64,000 bases of DNA from Octopus vulgaris (GCA_951406725.2 OX597825.1:77128001-77192000), one strand, 5' to 3'; counted from the stretch's first letter, positions 27,586-40,166 are shown. Program-made: numbers and translations. Notes: generated from the sequence alone by a model not told the origin.

Positions 27586-28688
27586 TTCTTGTCACTATCA
27601 AAGCATTCTAATATTTCTCAAATGATCCGAACGAAGTGTTTAGGTATAGCAAGTGGATTTGTCTTGGTTGACATAAAAATCACTTTATGGAAATAATTTT
27701 AAAGAAATTCTCAGAAAATGCCTTCCCGAATTCGCGATGAGAACGCCAGCGCCGTGACTTCCAGTCAATTTGGTATCAAGGAAACATGTTGACATGTTCT
27801 TGCGAGTTAAAACAACTTTGTAAGGTTGGAATTAGTTTTAACAAAATGCTTTGAACATTTTTTTTACCGGAGTCGCGATGTGTACGTTCGTGCTGCGACA
27901 CCCAGTCAATTTTGGTATTAAGGAAGTATTTCAGTTTCGAAACTAACATGGTTCTTCGTTGGGAGTAAAAGACTGAATTTAGTATGCACAAGCATAAAGT
28001 ATTTCTGGCAAAACGCCATTGAATATTTCTGGCAAGTTATCCAATGGTACATTAAAAGGAAAACAAAAATGCCAGGTTAATAACGAGGACATCCTCAGAA
28101 ATGGTTGATGGGAATTTCTTGAAAACTCGCTTTGGAATGTTTTGTTTCAGTAAAATCAGCATTTAGATATAATTATTGGATTTATGTCGGCGAAAATTCT
28201 AGAATTCTTGTCTTGTTTTCATATTTAATGGTTCTTTCTTCGGCTTGGAGTAAAGTGACGAAAAAGAGGGAGGGAGAGAGAGAGAAAGAAAAGGGGTTGA
28301 AATCGGAAGGAGAGAGAGAGAGAGAGAGAGAGAGGAAGAGGTAGAGACGAAGGAAGAATGACTCAGTTTAATCAAGATATTGGAAGGAGGTCTAGAGGGG
28401 TGGGCGGGAAGCAGCCCAGAAGAAAGTGGAATTGGTATATATATTGGAATATTTTGAATTCACAACAAAAGCAGTCGATTATGCAGTTAAGCGAAACGAC
28501 TTTCTAATTGAAAGGAGAGCTGCATTGGTGAATGTATGTATGTATGTATGTATGTATGTATGTATGTATGTATGTATGTATGTATGTATGCATGTATGTA
28601 TGTATGTATGTATGTACGTATGTATGTACGTATGTATGTACGTACGTATGTCTTTATATATATATATATATATATATGCACACACAAT

Positions 28689-28737
<49 letters not shown>

Positions 28738-28801
28738 TCATAGATGCAAGTATATACACATGTATATGTAAGTATATCAATCTATCAATTAGATACGTAT
28801 G

Positions 28802-28880
<79 letters not shown>

Positions 28881-28909
28881 TTGTATATATATATGTATAT
28901 ACATATATG

Positions 28910-28955
<46 letters not shown>

Positions 28956-29291
28956 TGTGTAGCTTTTGTATTTCTACCCCATTTACTTATCCGCAAATTT
29001 TTATCTATAAAAGAGACTGGTGTATTAAAGCATATGCATACCCCATAAAGACAAGTATATAAACACTATCACACATACATATACATAGATGTATGTGTAT
29101 ATATGTGTGTGTATGTATGTGTGTGAGTGTGTGTGTGAGTGTGTATGCGTGCATATATATTCAGGGTGTGGTGAATAGACTGTCATCTAAATTACGCAAA
29201 AATGAAAATAACACTAACAACTCATTTTAACAGATATCTTTATCCAAATTACATAAAAATATCTTGAAATACTAAAGAGTAAATTCCGTTC

Positions 29292-29364
29292 GAGCCCTGG
29301 ATCTAGGTTAGAAACCGGCTCTTTCTCTATTGGCAAGAGACCTTGAAATAAAACTGAATAAAGA
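29292..29364 (+). mobile_element. Severely 5'-truncated 3' tip of the same RLE-LINE
   Basis: TGGATCTAGGTTAGAAACCGGCTCTTTCTCTATTGGCAAGA..ACTGAATAAAGA matches 25100-25165; followed by (CATA)n to about 29510. Confidence 0.85.
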
Positions 29365-29482
29365 CATACATACATACACACATACATACATACATACATG
29401 CATACATACATACATACACACACACATACATACATACACACACACATACATACATACATACATACATACATACATACATACA

Positions 29483-29513
<31 letters not shown>

Positions 29514-29930
29514 CTATGTATCTATACAGGTTTTTGTATTTTGTATGTGTGGGTACGAGTGTGTAGTTGTGCGTGCAGTGAAATGCCTTTGAAAATCCTG
29601 TAACATGATCATGTGACAGACGATGACAATGAATGAAATGAATTTAGTTGTTTTTGAAAGTTTTATTGCTTAACAATGCTGTGTCGGTATTGTCAGGAGA
29701 GGCAGACAGATGCAACACGCAATCACATAGACACACTATGACACACACATACGTGCACAAACTGACATACTAAAGAACAGAAAGAAACACAGACACAATA
29801 CGTGTGCATGAATGTGTGTTTGTGTGTATATATATACACACATACCTATATATGTATGTGTGTGTGTGTGTGTATATATATAGCTATATATGTAGATATA
29901 TACTTATATATATATATATATATACACACT

Positions 29931-29989
<59 letters not shown>

Positions 29990-30149
29990 TTATATATATA
30001 TATAAGTTTATACGCAACTAGACTCAACAACATTCTTTAGTATGCTCTTAATTTTTCCTAAGGATAAAATATGTATATCCGAATTTTGTTTTCCGCTATT
30101 TCCTTCATTAAGTCTTCTCTGATAATAATAATTCATGTTGTATACTTTT

Positions 30150-30260
30150 TTCACTGAGGTGAACAGTAATATGTAATTAATTTAATTTAATCAAATTAAT
30201 TTTAATTATTCTATCACGTTTTTTACATGTTAATATCGCTGTTCGAAACGATCGTATGTA
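30150..30260 (+). ncRNA. Hammerhead-ribozyme-like motif (minimal type I, palindromic stem III)
   Basis: CTGAGGT-GAACAG..CTGTTC-GAAA-CGATCG-TA: 6-bp perfect stem II, palindrome ACGATCGT. A9 is altered. Confidence 0.55.
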
Positions 30261-30341
30261 TGTATTAAAATTCTGTTATATTTCAACATCTTCTCTTCTC
30301 CATTTTTTAACATACTTGTTTCCATGAATTCTCATAACACA

Positions 30342-30418
<77 letters not shown>

Positions 30419-30619
30419 TAATCCAAACAAGAAAACAAAAAGACAACAACGCGAGGATGTGGAACAATTAAAGTATTATTGGATGCTCAGGAAAGAAGGG
30501 AAGAAGGAGGGTATGACGTTTCGAGCGGAGCTCTTCGTCGGAAACATAGGAGAAAGAAAGATCCCGAGACGGGAGGTCAGAGGAAAAAAAATTGCAGGTA
30601 GTCTTCACGAGGTCACATA

Positions 30620-30680
<61 letters not shown>

Positions 30681-31635
30681 ATGTATATATCTATCCATAT
30701 ATATATATAACACTGATGTTTAAATAGAGATATACACATACATATACATATGCACACAAACTCACACACATATATATATATACATATATATTTATATATT
30801 CCATACGTAAGTACGTTTGTGACTTTAGGTGTGTATTCAGCTATTTAAGTGAGTGTGTGTATCCTGACGTTTTAAACGTTTGTAATTATAAGTGTGTGAA
30901 CATAAAAATACACGTAATCAATTCTTGCGTACCAATTCGTGTATCGAATCTTTCCACTTTCTCCAAGAATGTGGTAATTAGCAAGACATGATTCCGCTTA
31001 ATAAATAAATTTTCCCATGTAACCCTACTCCACAACCAATTAATTCTTTTTAGTAGATACGGTGATTTAGTAGAAGAGAAACGGTTGGTGAACAGACCTT
31101 AACAAGACCGTCATGACTTGTCTTGACAAGAAATGTTAAAAGCTGAAGTCTGTGGTATTGCTTAGTAATTTAAGAAGTGCGTCGAATGAAATGACAAATT
31201 GTTTTCGGCTGGCATCGACTGTGATTTAGGTGAAAGCTAGGAGTGCGCAGTCGTAGTTGGACGAGATCGATCAACGTTGAAAAAAGTAAATAAATAAATG
31301 GTTGAATAAACGAGGGGATACCTTCAAGAAAATAAGCGATAAGTGATTATTCGATTGATCTGTTAATAAGGGATGACCTGGAACTAAACCACGACAGCGA
31401 GGATGACAGCAAGAACAAGAAAAAGAACAAGAACATCAAGAACAACCAATAAAAGTACAGAGGCTTCGAATTATTTTCTTATCACACACAAATACACAAA
31501 TACACAAATTCACATAAACGCATCTATAGATAGATATAGTATGTATATTCTTTTAGTCTTTTGACTGCCGCCATGCTGGAACCCCACCTTATACATACAT
31601 ACATACATGCATACATACATACATACATACATACA

Positions 31636-31667
<32 letters not shown>

Positions 31668-31849
31668 GACCTCTAAATCCACAGGTGTTTTATTCTCTTT
31701 GTTTATTTCATCGTGTTCCTTTCTGTTGAAGAGCGTAGGCTCGAAATGTAAAACTTTCTCACCTTCCCCAAAGTCAAACTTATTGTTTATACACCTGTCT
31801 TCGTCTTTTGCTTTTTTGTAAATTTCAACTACATATATACATATAAATA

Positions 31850-32095
31850 TATTCTTTACTAGTTTCATCCCGTGAGCTGCGGCCATGCTGGGGCACCGTT
31901 GTTAGCTTTGCTACACTTTCATTAAACCTCCTCTGATATATGGCATCTGGTGAATGAGGGAGTTTGATATTGCTGCCCTCATCTGTGCTTCTTTCCAAGA
32001 AGTAGGCTTCTCCAGAACTCTTGACAAGATGAGATCCAGTTTAGTTTTGAAGACACCTACATCCACTCCATGTAGGTCTGTCAGGCCTTGTGGGT
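31850..32095 (-). mobile_element. 3' end of a CR1/L2-group LINE
   Basis: LTDLHGVDVGVFKTKLDLILSRVLEKP..RAAISNSLIHQ (FKxxLD motif), stop at 31911, then short 3' UTR GGTGCCCCAGCATGGCCGCAGC..GAAACTAGTAAAGAATA. Confidence 0.7.
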
Positions 32096-32796
32096 ACATT
32101 TCAATAAGCTGATACAAAATCCGCGAGTAGAATACATTATCCGTACACCACATTTAACGTATGTTAGCATTAGTTTTACCTCCCGAATGTATAACTCCTG
32201 GCTCATCATATTTTCAGTGGAGTCACTACAACGAGTACCAGCAGCGAGCAATTCAGATTTAATGGACAATACCTTTCTCTCGTGAATTTCTGGTCCCTGA
32301 ACCGAAACACAATTTTCTTTTTTGCTAACTACAACCAATAAAAATTCGAAGTTCTCGCATTTTCCCCATCATAGACTGCGGCCACGCTGGGGCACTTCCT
32401 TGAAGAATTCTTGACAAGATGAGATCCAGTTTAGTTTTGAAGGCACTTACATCCACTCCTTGTAGGTCTCAATAAGCTGATACAAAATCCGTGAGTTGAA
32501 TATCTCTCATCTGATTCAGGCCTATCAACGTACTAACTATATCAGACGCTGAAAGAGACTACCGAATAACGTAAGGGTTTCGAACGGACCGTATTTCTTT
32601 GCTTTCAACTATATTCAGTCCCAAGCAAGTTAAATGGATTTTCCTTTATGCTGTTTTAGGAAATATGGAGTAAATGTATGCCATTAAATGTTCCATGACA
32701 ATAATTCCCGTTCTGTGAGAGCTGGCATTTTGCACTTGGTCTTGAAAAGATCATAAAACACACACAGGTATGTATATTCATTCTTGTTGTTATTGT

Positions 32797-33233
32797 GCCG
32801 CTGCCGCCGCTTCGCCGACGCTCCCGCCGCTTCGCCGCCGCTGCCGCCGCTTCGCCGCCGCTGCCGCCGCTTCGCCGCCGCTGCCGCCGCTTCGCCGCCG
32901 CTGCCGCCGCTTCGCCGCCGCTGCCGCCGCTGCCGCCGCTGCCGCCGCTGCCGCCGCTGCCGCCGCTGCCGCCGCTGCCACCGCTGCGGCCGCTTCCGCT
33001 GCCACCGCTGCCGCCGCTGCCGCCGCTTCGCCGCCGCTGCCGCCGCTGCCGCCGCTGCCGCCGCTTCGCCGCCGCTACCGCCGCTGCCGCCGCTGCGCGC
33101 TGCCGCCGCTTCGCCGCCGCTGCTGCCGCTGCTGCGCCGCGCCGCCGCCCGCTGCGCCGCCGCGCGCCGCGCCGCCGCGCACGCTGCCACCGCTGCCGCC
33201 GCGCGCCGCGCCGCCGCGCCGCCGCTACCGCCG

Positions 33234-33271
<38 letters not shown>

Positions 33272-33287
33272 CCGCTGCTACTGCTGC
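32797..33287. repeat. GC-rich compound repeat: 20-bp unit, 9-bp unit, then (CTG)n
   Basis: Units CGCCGCCGCTGCCGCCGCTT, GCCGCCGCT and CTG are directly visible. Confidence 0.95.
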
Positions 33288-34101
33288 TGTGCGTTATTTT
33301 GATATTTTTGTTTTATCCTAGGTGAGGTCTAATCCCGCACACCTATGGTCAGAGAACATCTCGGCTTTTATTTATTTACAGTATATCTACAGGCGAATCT
33401 GATTTTCACGGATCAGAATGCTCGTCTCTTACAACGACCAGCCAGAGATTATTAGATGACACCTTCACTCGACTTCTGCGCAAGTCCTTTAACACCTCCA
33501 ATGCCGATCACACATCAAACAAGTCACTATATAGATCTTTACCGCCCGCCAGCCAGACAAGCAAACATAAACAGCTTAAATTTGCAGGCTACAGTTTTCG
33601 CCGAACAGATCAACCTGTCACTGTACCTTATTTCCTTTCTATAACACCGTAGTAATATTCAAGTCAGGTAGTCAGGTCTGCATGATGTGTGTCCGCGAAC
33701 TTATGCGCGACTCAGGATTGCCCAGAATCTCAGAGACGTCATGCGTAATGATATTTCGCACAACCCGGAGGGAAATCTACTCTCGAGTTTGATCTCGCAT
33801 CACCGAGCGAAGTGACGCTGATAACCAGGACGATCTCTACCACTGCACCACCTTCATTTCATCCATAAGACAGCAAATGTACAATTTGAAGGCAAGTGGA
33901 AATTGAGTGTTATTTTTAGTAGTGATGTAGGAGATTTGTGTGCGATTCAAATCGAAGGGGTTAAGGGACAGAGACACGTAGCCCGCCAGTCTTTATTCCA
34001 CTCTATCGGGGATTTCAGTCTTTTTGATGTACATCCGAAAAATGCTTGAACAACTACCAAGGTTGTCTGTTTCTGTCTCTGACTGTCTGTCTGTCTGCCT
34101 C

Positions 34102-34140
<39 letters not shown>

Positions 34141-34222
34141 GCGTGTGTATATATATATATATGCATATGTATATATGTATATATTTATATATACATACAT
34201 ATATATATATATACAAGCATAC

Positions 34223-34265
<43 letters not shown>

Positions 34266-34671
34266 TATATATATATACATATATATAAAGATATACATGT
34301 GTATGTCTATGTATTATGCATATATATACACACAAATATGTATGTAAATATATATATATATGCATACAGTTATGTATACATATATAAGTAAGTGTATAGA
34401 CACGTTAGTTGTAGGTGTTCATAGACTACTGCCGTTTTTCACTAATATTGTTGCCGCCGCTATATTAGCTGCGTTCTTTTCCGTTCGTTTCTTCTTCATT
34501 GCCATCCGGGTATTTTTAGCAGTCGTTTTTTTTTTCTCAGAATTATTTCAGAAATTCTAAATCAAATCATCAATGACATATTTATGGTTCACCACACTCT
34601 CAGCTTTCTACATTAAAATTAATGGTTCATCGCCATAAAAACTGAAATTTTGTTTATATATCAACGTGTTG

Positions 34672-35737
34672 GCTTCTTCTTCTTCTTCTTCTTCTTCTTC
34701 TTCTTCTTCTTCTTCTTCTTCTTCTTCTTCTTCTTCTTCTTCTTCTTCTTCTTCTTCTTCTTCTTCTTCTTCTTCTTCTTCTTCTTCTTCTTCAGCTTCA
34801 TCATCGTCATCATCATCTTCTTCTTTTTCTTCTTCATCATCATCATCATCTTCTTCTTCTTCTTCTTCTTCTTCTTCTTCTTCTTCTTCATCTTCTTCAT
34901 CATCTTCTACATCATCATCATTACCTTCTTCTTCTTCTTCTTCTTCTTCTTCACCTTCTTCTTCTTCTTCTGCTTCTTCTTCTTCCTATTCTTCTTCTTC
35001 TTCATCATCTTCTTCTTCCCCTTCTTCCACTTCTTCTTCATCATCTTCTTCTTTTTTCTTCTTCTTCAGCTTCATCATCGTCATCATCATCTTCTTCTTT
35101 TTCTTCTTCATCATCTTCTTCTTCTTTTTCTTCATCTTCTTTTTCTTCTTCGTCTTCATCTTCTTCTTCATCATAATCATCTTCTTCTTCTTCTTCTTCT
35201 TCACCTTCCTCTTCACCTTCTTCTTCATCTTCATCATCATCATCATCTTTTTCATTTTCTTCTTCTTTTACTCCTTCTTCACCTTCTTCATTTTCTTCTT
35301 CTACTACTCCTTCTTCACTTTCTTCAACCTCTTCTTCTTCTTCTTCTTCTTCTTCTTCAGCTTCTTCAGCTTCTTCAGCTTCTTCATCATCGTCATCATC
35401 ATCTTCTTCTTTTTCTTCTTCATCATCATCATCTTCTTCTTTTTCTTCTTCTTCTTCTTTTTCTTCTTCATCTTCTTCATCTTCTTCAACTACTTCATCT
35501 GCATCATAATCATCTTTTCTTCTTCTTCTTCACCTTCCTCTTCACCTTCTTCTTCTTCTTCTTCATCTTCATCATCATCATCATCTTCTTTTTCATTTTC
35601 TTCTTCTTTTACTTCTTCTTCATCTTTTTCCTTTTCTTCTTCTACTACTTCTTCTTCACCTTCCTCAACTGCTTCTTCTTCATTTTCTTCATCATCATCT
35701 TCTTCACCTTCTTCATCATCATCATCTTCTTCTTCTT
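34672..35737. repeat. About 1.07-kb (TTC)n/(ATC)n pyrimidine-rich tract with internal block duplications
   Basis: Directly visible; block CATCATCGTCATCATCATCTTCTTCTTTTTC recurs near 34799, 35073 and 35385. Confidence 0.95.
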
Positions 35738-36241
35738 GTGACATCATTATCATCATCGTTTTCGTTGTCGTTGTTTCACCTCTCACATGTATATATATAT
35801 ATATACCTATACATATACATATGCATACACGCGCAAACATAAACATACTCATGCACACACACATATATACATATATACATACATGCATATGCATGCATAC
35901 ATGATACATGCATAAACACACACACACATACACACACACACACACACATACACACACACACACATATACACATATGGAATTTGTCTCCGAATATACAAAG
36001 TAACCTACTTCGATATATTCTGTTTATCAATGATGAACCATTAGCAAGCAAATCTTGAAAGTTGAAGGTCGGCATGCTTTTTAGAGGATATAAATAATCT
36101 CTTTTATTTTTCTTCTCTATACATGTTGTCTTTCGCACGTATTTGGATGTCAATCGAATGCTCGAGCACCTAGTTTTGAAGCTCTGCATCGTATGTATGT
36201 ATTTACGTCTGTTTGTTCGTGTGCCTGTCTATCTCTATCCC

Positions 36242-36340
<99 letters not shown>

Positions 36341-36342
36341 GT

Positions 36343-36387
<45 letters not shown>

Positions 36388-36453
36388 GTGTAACTCCCTG
36401 TCTGTTTGTCTTTCTGGTTATCTATTTTCAATCAATCAATCAATCAATCAACG

Positions 36454-36492
<39 letters not shown>

Positions 36493-36493
36493 G

Positions 36494-36546
<53 letters not shown>

Positions 36547-36551
36547 GTCTT

Positions 36552-36582
<31 letters not shown>

Positions 36583-36741
36583 GCCTGTCTGTCTGTTTGT
36601 CAAGAACGCGCTGGATTTTTAATAAAGATTCAATGCTGCATGTTTAAAACAAGAACCCATTCTTATTTTGAATTTCTGAAACGTCTTGCATATTTTTAAT
36701 GTTCCGCTTATTGGTTGGAATTGTAATGCGTATATGTATTC

Positions 36742-36985
36742 TTTTATTCTTTTACTTGTTTCAGTCATTAGAATGCGGTCATACTGAAGCACCACCTTGA
36801 ATTTTAGTGGAATGATTTGACCCCAGTAAATTTATTAAGCCGGGCACTTATGCTATCACCAAATCCATTCACAAGGTTTTGGTCAACCCGAGGCTATAAT
36901 AGGATAGGATGTACCATGTAGTGGGACTGAACCCGGAGCCATGTCGTTAGGAAGCAAGTTTTTTTATTACACAGCCACTCCTGCG
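36742..36985 (-). mobile_element. SINE family A copy, internally deleted
   Basis: rc tail TTTTACTTGTTTCAGTCATT and rc head ACAGCCACTCCTGCG with the middle missing. Confidence 0.75.
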
Positions 36986-38266
36986 GATACATATATGTAT
37001 GTATGTTTGCATGTATGAATTGTTTTCTTTGAGATGTATTAAAGTCATTCTTCATGAAGCTCAAGCTGGATATGAGCAACTTTTTTTGAGAAGTGAGCCG
37101 CTTGAGACATTGCTCATCATTAAGCAAGCCACGCAACTAAAGTTTGCGAGTTCCACTACGAAAATGAGCTTCAAAAAGAAAGTACTCAGCTGCAGTTAAT
37201 TTGAAAAAAGGTGGATGACTGTTGTAGAAATAGTTATGGCGAATGGCGTATATCAGTAAATTAGAGAACAATAGTCGGGCGAGAGTTGATCGCTTTGGTG
37301 ATCAGAGTAATCCTAGATCTGTTGGGTTTCTTGGTTGACCCTAGCTGGAGGTTCGCTTGCATCATGCGGTTTCCACCACTCATGCGTTCATATACTGTGT
37401 TACTATATATACTTTTATCTTATTTCATCGTCCTTTCTCTTTCTTGACTCCGCACAAATTGTAGATTATCCTTATGGTGCATCTCTCCTCAATGACCCAG
37501 TCGTAAATATAAAAAAAAAAACATCATCACCATGATCATCACCATTGTCGTCGTCATCATCGGTATTATCATTATTATTTCATTTAAGCAGACTACGGCA
37601 GCGGTAGTGGATATTAATAGTTAATGCCAAGCTAACATGGCAGTCCAGAAAAATAGGACAAATGCTGCCGTTGATTAGCTCCAAGGGGCCATCGCCTCTA
37701 GCTAGCTATGTGACACACGAAACTGTTTCCATTATAACCTTCGAACAGGGGAGGTCAGCAGCTTCTCCTTGCTAGTCTGTAGATGCCTGAGGCAATGGCA
37801 GAAGATACTTGCTCAAGGTGCCACGCAGTGGGGATTGAACCAGGAACCATGTGGTTGGGAAGCAAGCTTCTTACCACACAGCTACACTTGGTTCAAATTT
37901 TCACCATGGTTTGGGCCGTTGTGGAAAATATAAAGGAATTTATTGTTGTTGTTGTTGTTATCATCATTGTTATTTCCACTGCTGCTGCTGCTGTGGTTGT
38001 TGTTGTTGTCATCATTACAGCGTACTCTGGATAGTTCGTTAGATTGCGTGAACGTTTGACAAGATCTCCTGTTAACCTGGAATTACCAATTCTAACATTC
38101 ACGTTTTTCATTTGAATTGCTAATAAAACCCATGGAGAATCGACCGATCTACCGATTATGAAGATGGCGCTGCAGTCGTCGAACAATATCATTTCAAAAT
38201 TTAATTAAATGCAACTAGATAATGAAGCTTCGATACTAAAATTATTATTCTTATTATCTTTTACTG

Positions 38267-38595
38267 TTGGCAGAATCGTTAAAACGCCGGGCGAAATACT
38301 TAGCGGTATTTCGTCTGCCGCTATCTTCTGAGTTCAAATTCCGCCGAGGTCGACTTTGTCTTTCCTTTTAATACGCACTGGGGTCGATATAATCGACTTA
38401 ATCCTTTTGCCTGTCCTTGTTTGTCCTCTCTGTGTAGTAAAGAAATAGGTATTTCGTCTGCCGCTACGTTGTGAGTTCAAATTCCGACTCCTTTCATCCT
38501 TTCAGTGACGATAAATTAAGTACCAGTTACGCACTGGGGTCAATGTAATCGACTGGATCCTCCCCGCCAAAATTGCTTCTCTTGTGACGACATTT
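38267..38595 (+). mobile_element. SINE family B copy with internal duplication
   Basis: TGGCAGAATCGTTAAAACGCCGGGCGAAAT head; GGTATTTCGTCTGCCGCTA..GAGTTCAAATTCCG and ACGCACTGGGGTC each occur twice. Confidence 0.85.
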
Positions 38596-38902
38596 CAGTT
38601 TGTTGAGTATTTATACTTCGCAGCCGACATCGGAATACAAGGTACATACACCCGATATGTACCTTGGGCCGTGCAATATTTTGCTTTGTATTTTATGCTA
38701 TTTGTCTGTATTGAAAGAAAACTTCGCTTAGTCACCTTTTAGGGATCAATATTTTATCTTTTACTTGTTTCAGTCATTGGATTGTGGCACCACCTTAAAG
38801 GGTTTACTCGAATAAATTGACCCCTGTACTTATTCTGCTTTTATATTTTTGTCTAAGCCTGGAAATTGTTTGCATTGCATCATTGTTGAAAATGCATGGT
38901 CG

Positions 38903-39110
38903 ACTGACACCTTTGCTTGATGTTTTAGGCACTGAGCAATCCCTTTCTTTACAATGTATGGATAGTGGAAGTTGAAGTTGAAGTATCGTCCAGTGAAGGT
39001 CGGCTTGCGATGTACGGATGTCCTGAATCCATACTTGGTGCGTGTTATTAATACGCCCAGGAATACTACCTGATTGTCTTTTTCCTTTTCCACAGTGAAC
39101 TGTGTTATAT
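38903..39110 (-). pseudogene. Penelope-like element RT C-terminal/thumb fragment
   Basis: FTVEKEKDNQVVFLGVLITRTKYGFRTSVHRKPTFTGRYFNFNFHYPYIVKKGIAQCL matches the PLE pattern FTxExExxxxLxFLD..TSVYRKPTxTGxYLxxxSxHP..K. Confidence 0.85.
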
Positions 39111-39413
39111 CATGTGAACTCAATACAGCTGTCTTTTTCTCATGCTCTATCTATGGAGGTTTATCAGCATTGGGAGTGTGTCCTACACATTATAACAACA
39201 ATGAAATGGAATATTTAATAATACATTACAGAGACAAAACCAAATACAGTAATCGTACGAACAACTGAAGTTCGTTGTCTTAAGTACGCACTGTGGTTTG
39301 CAGGTTTGTAGTTTCTTGCTGGGGGAATGGTTTACAATCCTGGCTCTTTTGTGATATATTCTCGCTGTTATTTTGTGATTAAATGACATACGCATATTCT
39401 TTTACTCTCTCTC

Positions 39414-39812
39414 TCTCTTTACTCTTTTACTTGTTTCAGTCATTTGACTGCGGCCATGCTGGAGCACCGCCTTTAGTCGAGCAAATCGACCCCGGGACTT
39501 ATTCTTTGTAAGCCCAGTACTTATTCTATCGGTCTCTTTTGCCGAACCGCTAAGTGACGGGGACGTAAACACACCAGCATCGGTTGTCAAGCAATGCTAG
39601 GGGGACAAACACAGACACGCAAACAAACACACATATATATACATGTATACGACAGGCTTCTTTCAGTTTTCGTCTACCAAATCCACTCACAAGGCATTGG
39701 TCGGCCCGGGGCTATAGCAGAAGACACTTGCCCAAGACGCCACGCAGTGGGACTGAACCCGGAACCATGTGGTTGGTTAGCAAGCTACTTACCACACAGC
39801 CACTCCTGCGCC
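39414..39812 (-). mobile_element. SINE family A copy, full length
   Basis: Reverse complement colinear with 13079-13495 over the whole length. Confidence 0.93.
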
Positions 39813-40166
39813 TATTCTGTTTTTTTTGACAAGTTTAATATCTATCCAATCAATAACTTGAATACGGTTGGTTTAAGTAAGACATTTGACGTTTGGTTTG
39901 TGTGTGAACCTTTAGGATGTGTGGCAGAATTACTTCCTGTATAGGTTGGCTTTCTGGCATATTTGAGTATCTGTCAATTAACTAATATTTTTTTCCCCTT
40001 TTAAAGAGCTCCGTTTTTAAAGCTTCTTTGGCAGGTGAAAATAAGAATATTTTGCATGCGCATGTACCTGGATATGCATATTATACAAACATGCACCTCT
40101 CTATATCTCTTTCTCACTCTTTCTTTTTATCTATCTCTCTCTATATATATATGTATATATGTATAC

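Noticed and set aside
32684-33325. Ala/Pro/Arg-rich ORFs on both strands
   Set aside because: Open in most frames because the GC repeat has no stops; the 20-bp unit is not frame-preserving.
35990-36110. Protein-like minus-strand stretch (MPTFNFQDLLANGSSLINRIYRSR) as a possible exon
   Set aside because: No recognisable homology and no clear splice-site pair; cannot be supported without RNA data.
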